A stretch of 64,000 bases of DNA, taken from NCBI GenBank assembly GCA_044356525.1, contig JBIKVZ010000005.1:1130-65129 (forward strand). The letters run 5' to 3'. The notes under the pieces are model-generated. The model ran no database searches. It saw only the letters and a program-made list of their open reading frames with translations, and had not been told where the DNA came from. Positions 61,574 to 64,000 of the stretch are shown piece after piece. Within the stretch, counting starts at the first letter, position 1, and every line of letters begins with the position of its first letter. The position numbers were made by a program, and so were the translations under genes. The stretch is from Rickettsiales bacterium. Its GTDB lineage: Bacteria > Pseudomonadota > Alphaproteobacteria > Rickettsiales > RGZB01.

Positions 61574-61601
61574 AAAACCGCCCTTAAGGGGGCGGTTTTT
61601 T
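61573..61601. terminator. Bidirectional rho-independent terminator
   Basis: AAAAACCGCCC-TTAA-GGGGGCGGTTTTTT. It follows the stop of the minus-strand pilin-like gene and also follows the tRNA remnant on the plus strand. Confidence 0.8.
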
Positions 61602-61631
61602 ATTGCCTCACGAGAAGTGATACACACTACT

Positions 61632-62531
61632 CTAAAAATCAGGCACGACTTCGCCGCCGCTGCGGCTTGAGATAGCACGGCGCACAAAACTATCCACACC
61701 TTCTGGCACTTTGCGCACACTGCCATCCATGAAGAGTGCATTGCCTGGCTTCACTTTCATCAATGCATCCTGCGTGGTTTCGGCAGCCAATTTTTTGGTA
61801 AAATAGCCATCTGCTAATGTACCCACCGTGGTGAATGAATTGTTCCAGTGCGGGTTCAAGAAGCCGTTTGCGCCATCGGGGATGCCGCCCGAATGACCCA
61901 TCATTACCGCAACCGTGTTTGATGTACCATCCGTAAGGCCGGCCATATTCGTTCTCGGATTCGGGCCGGGGAAACCCGCTGCCGGATTACTGCGGTCGAC
62001 CACAAACGCACCATTATCAGTACCCACCGGAATATGGTCACCGCGCATCACCGCATTTGTCTGTATAAAATCGGTGGTAAAATTGGCCGGGATATTTGGG
62101 GCATTACCACCCGCAATAAACACATAATCTGTTCTAAACGGGCTTGTGCTGTTTGAATTTGGGCTCCGCAGCACGGGTGGCGATTCCAGCGTCGAGTTCG
62201 GCGGATGCGCATACCAGTTGTTACTGGCTGACGCCGCGATGGTATTGCCGCCCTCCATATAAGGCAAAATATGCACGAAAGGGGATTCAATATAGGTAAG
62301 CCGCGTGGCAGGGTCCACCTGACGTTTAAATAATGGAGGCAGATGATTATGATCGTTTTGGAACCCTTGTATCGCAAGCCCAACCTGCTTGAGATTATTT
62401 GCATCCTGCATATTCCTCGCCGATTGCCGCACTTGCTGAATACCACTGAGAAGAAGCGCTAACAAAATAGCAGCAATCGCAATCACCACAATCGTCTCAA
62501 CGAGCGTAATACCCGCACGTTGGCCTGCCAT
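61632..62531 (-). CDS. Prepilin-type N-terminal methylation domain / DUF1559-like protein
   Basis: MAGQRAG|ITLVETIVVIAIAAILLALLLSGIQQVRQSARNMQDANNLKQVGLAIQGFQN matches the class III signal plus DUF1559 N-terminus. The C-terminal GNALFMDGSVRKV resembles the H-X9-DG tail. The frame stays open upstream to 62801. Confidence 0.7.
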   Translation of the reverse strand: MAGQRAGITLVETIVVIAIAAILLALLLSGIQQVRQSARNMQDANNLKQVGLAIQGFQNDHNHLPPLFKRQVDPATRLTYIESPFVHILPYMEGGNTIAASASNNWYAHPPNSTLESPPVLRSPNSNSTSPFRTDYVFIAGGNAPNIPANFTTDFIQTNAVMRGDHIPVGTDNGAFVVDRSNPAAGFPGPNPRTNMAGLTDGTSNTVAVMMGHSGGIPDGANGFLNPHWNNSFTTVGTLADGYFTKKLAAETTQDALMKVKPGNALFMDGSVRKVPEGVDSFVRRAISSRSGGEVVPDF

Positions 62532-62877
62532 GGATGTTTTCAGCGCCGTCGAACACCCACCATGCTCGCCCTCCGCATCTTTTTTTACACCCGGCATTCC
62601 TTTGGTGGCTTCTTTGATAACTTCTGAAAGTAAATCCGCGCCATCGCCTCTGTTCTGCAGCACTCCAGCATGTCCCGAGCCTTCGTTAGCGACAGATTGG
62701 GTTGCTTGGCTGCCCCACAGCGATGAACTCAAGCTTCCCAGCCATGTTTGGCGAGAAACCGGTGTGTCTCTTTCAGGATTGGCAGTGGCGCGTCGAAGCA
62801 TGTCAGTGTGTCCTTAAAACATTGCTTAACTATACCATACGGGATAAATGTTTAGAATTCGTTAAAGCCACATACAC

Positions 62878-64000
62878 ATGAAAAATACATCACCACGCAC
62901 CACATTATTCTTTGTTTCTCTACTGCACCTCATTTTGTGGGCGGCGCTGCCAATGCTGATGTTTCAAAATCCGCCGCTCGACATGATTGAAGGCGTCACA
63001 TGGGGGCGTTTATGGGAATGGGGTTATGAGAAACACCCACCGCTGGCTGCATGGATAACTCAAGGGGTGATAGAAATCATCGGCACGTCTCTTTGGAAAA
63101 GCTATTTCATCCTCAGCCCCCTCTGCATCGTGCTATGCCTGTGTGCGGTTTATAAAACCGCAAAACTGTACCTCGCGCCAAAAGAAAGTCTGTTTGCCGC
63201 CCTTTTGCTGCTGGGCTGCTATTATTACCACTTCACGGCGCCGGAATTTAACCCGAATATTCTGCTTTTGCCGCTGTGGGCATGGTTTGCTTTCGATTTT
63301 TACCACGCCGTAACCCAGCAAAAAGGCCACTGGTGGCTAACTGCCGCTACTTTAGCCGGGCTTTCCATGCTGGCAAAATACACCTCCGTCTTACCTTTAG
63401 CCGCAGCATTCCTAATGCTTGTAGGCACACCAGAGGGAAGAAAATCCTTCAAAAACCCTTGGTTTTACCTTTCCTGCATGGTTTTTATCGCGATTATTGC
63501 CCCTCATTTGCTGTGGGCGCTGGAAAACAAGTTCAGCGGCCTGAAATACATCGAAAGCGCCTCACATAAGGATGTATATAGCCCCCTAAACCATGTTTTT
63601 TACCCCATTCGGTTCATTTTCTCCCAGTTTTTGGCTCTTTTAGGGCTTATTTTGGTATTTTTCATTAGTTTTGGTATCAAATTGAAGCCAAAACTGCCAA
63701 AAAAGCGTGGCTTCCATACTATTTTCCCGTGGGTAATGGGCCTTGCCCCCGTGGTGCTCACCCTGTTTTTCTCGCTGCTAACAGCCTCGAAGGTAAAATC
63801 CATGTGGGGAACACCGCTATGGAGCTTCAGCGGCCTGCTGCTCTTTTTATGGCTTAAGCCCAAGCTTAGCCCTAAAGCAGCCAAGCGCCTTACCCTTGCG
63901 CTTCTCACCATATATATAGGCTTCGCCGCTTCTTACCCCCTGCAATTCACACTGGCGCTACACAAACGCGGGCATTTCCCAGGCAATCAGCTCAGTGACG
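62878..64000 (+). CDS. GT-C family (ArnT/PMT-like, GT39/83) membrane glycosyltransferase, 3'-truncated by the window end
   Basis: My translation is MKNTSPRTTLFFVSLLHLILWAALPML..DMIEGVTWGRLWEWGYEKHPPLAAWITQG.. with many TM helices and LSMLAKYTS. It has no stop before the window end, so it is absent from the ORF track. Confidence 0.7.
   Translation, partial: MKNTSPRTTLFFVSLLHLILWAALPMLMFQNPPLDMIEGVTWGRLWEWGYEKHPPLAAWITQGVIEIIGTSLWKSYFILSPLCIVLCLCAVYKTAKLYLAPKESLFAALLLLGCYYYHFTAPEFNPNILLLPLWAWFAFDFYHAVTQQKGHWWLTAATLAGLSMLAKYTSVLPLAAAFLMLVGTPEGRKSFKNPWFYLSCMVFIAIIAPHLLWALENKFSGLKYIESASHKDVYSPLNHVFYPIRFIFSQFLALLGLILVFFISFGIKLKPKLPKKRGFHTIFPWVMGLAPVVLTLFFSLLTASKVKSMWGTPLWSFSGLLLFLWLKPKLSPKAAKRLTLALLTIYIGFAASYPLQFTLALHKRGHFPGNQLSD

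Noticed and set aside
62532-62801. 90-codon upstream extension of the DUF1559 pilin-like ORF
   Set aside because: Class III signal peptides are short. The Met at 62531 gives the canonical leader MAGQRAG|ITLVE. The extension is kept only as a note, since the open frame could be chance or a fused remnant.
63133-63911. Tracked ORFs 63133..63330(-), 63276..63569(+) and 63600..63911(-)
   Set aside because: They lie within or antisense to the long open frame of the ArnT/PMT-like membrane glycosyltransferase, which starts at 62878 and runs off the window.

Overview
By gene content and synteny this is alphaproteobacterial chromosomal DNA: divK-pleD, gapR, rlpA-dacC-tmk-holB-metG-tatD and rodZ-ispG-hisS. 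Several hallmarks point to a Rickettsiales-like, host-associated lineage.

Most of the window is housekeeping: secA, xseB, hemF, cca, dapB, thrB, xthA, prfA/prmC, hisS, ispG, metG, holB, tmk, acs, ruvX, rlmB and three tRNAs.

Four regions stand out:
1. A Rickettsiales-vir-homolog style type IV secretion module on the minus strand: virB3, virB4 and four tandem virB6 paralogs. It is followed by an uncalled 48-codon VirB7-like lipoprotein ORF and a terminator.
2. A 23S-5S rRNA unit with no 16S or spacer tRNAs. It has its own near-consensus sigma70 promoter. The 23S gene is interrupted by a 423-nt stem-flanked intervening sequence carrying a 99-codon sense-strand ORF.
3. A roughly 6.6 kb island at the 3' end of tRNA-Tyr. 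It carries a large serine recombinase whose 3' end is antisense to the tRNA, a MerR-like protein and a phage-like HTH protein. Its cargo operon encodes a GT-B glycosyltransferase and an ATP-grasp::YjjX-like NTPase fusion. This operon is my best candidate for an undescribed system.
4. Scattered oddities: a Planctomycete-type DUF1559 prepilin-like protein, a very divergent PEP-carboxylase-like protein, a glycerol-1-phosphate-dehydrogenase-like protein, an ankyrin protein coupled to ruvX, a gene wedged between prfA and prmC, and a gene apparently frameshifted at a C7A5 tract.

All calls come from reading the sequence and translations by eye. No searches were run.
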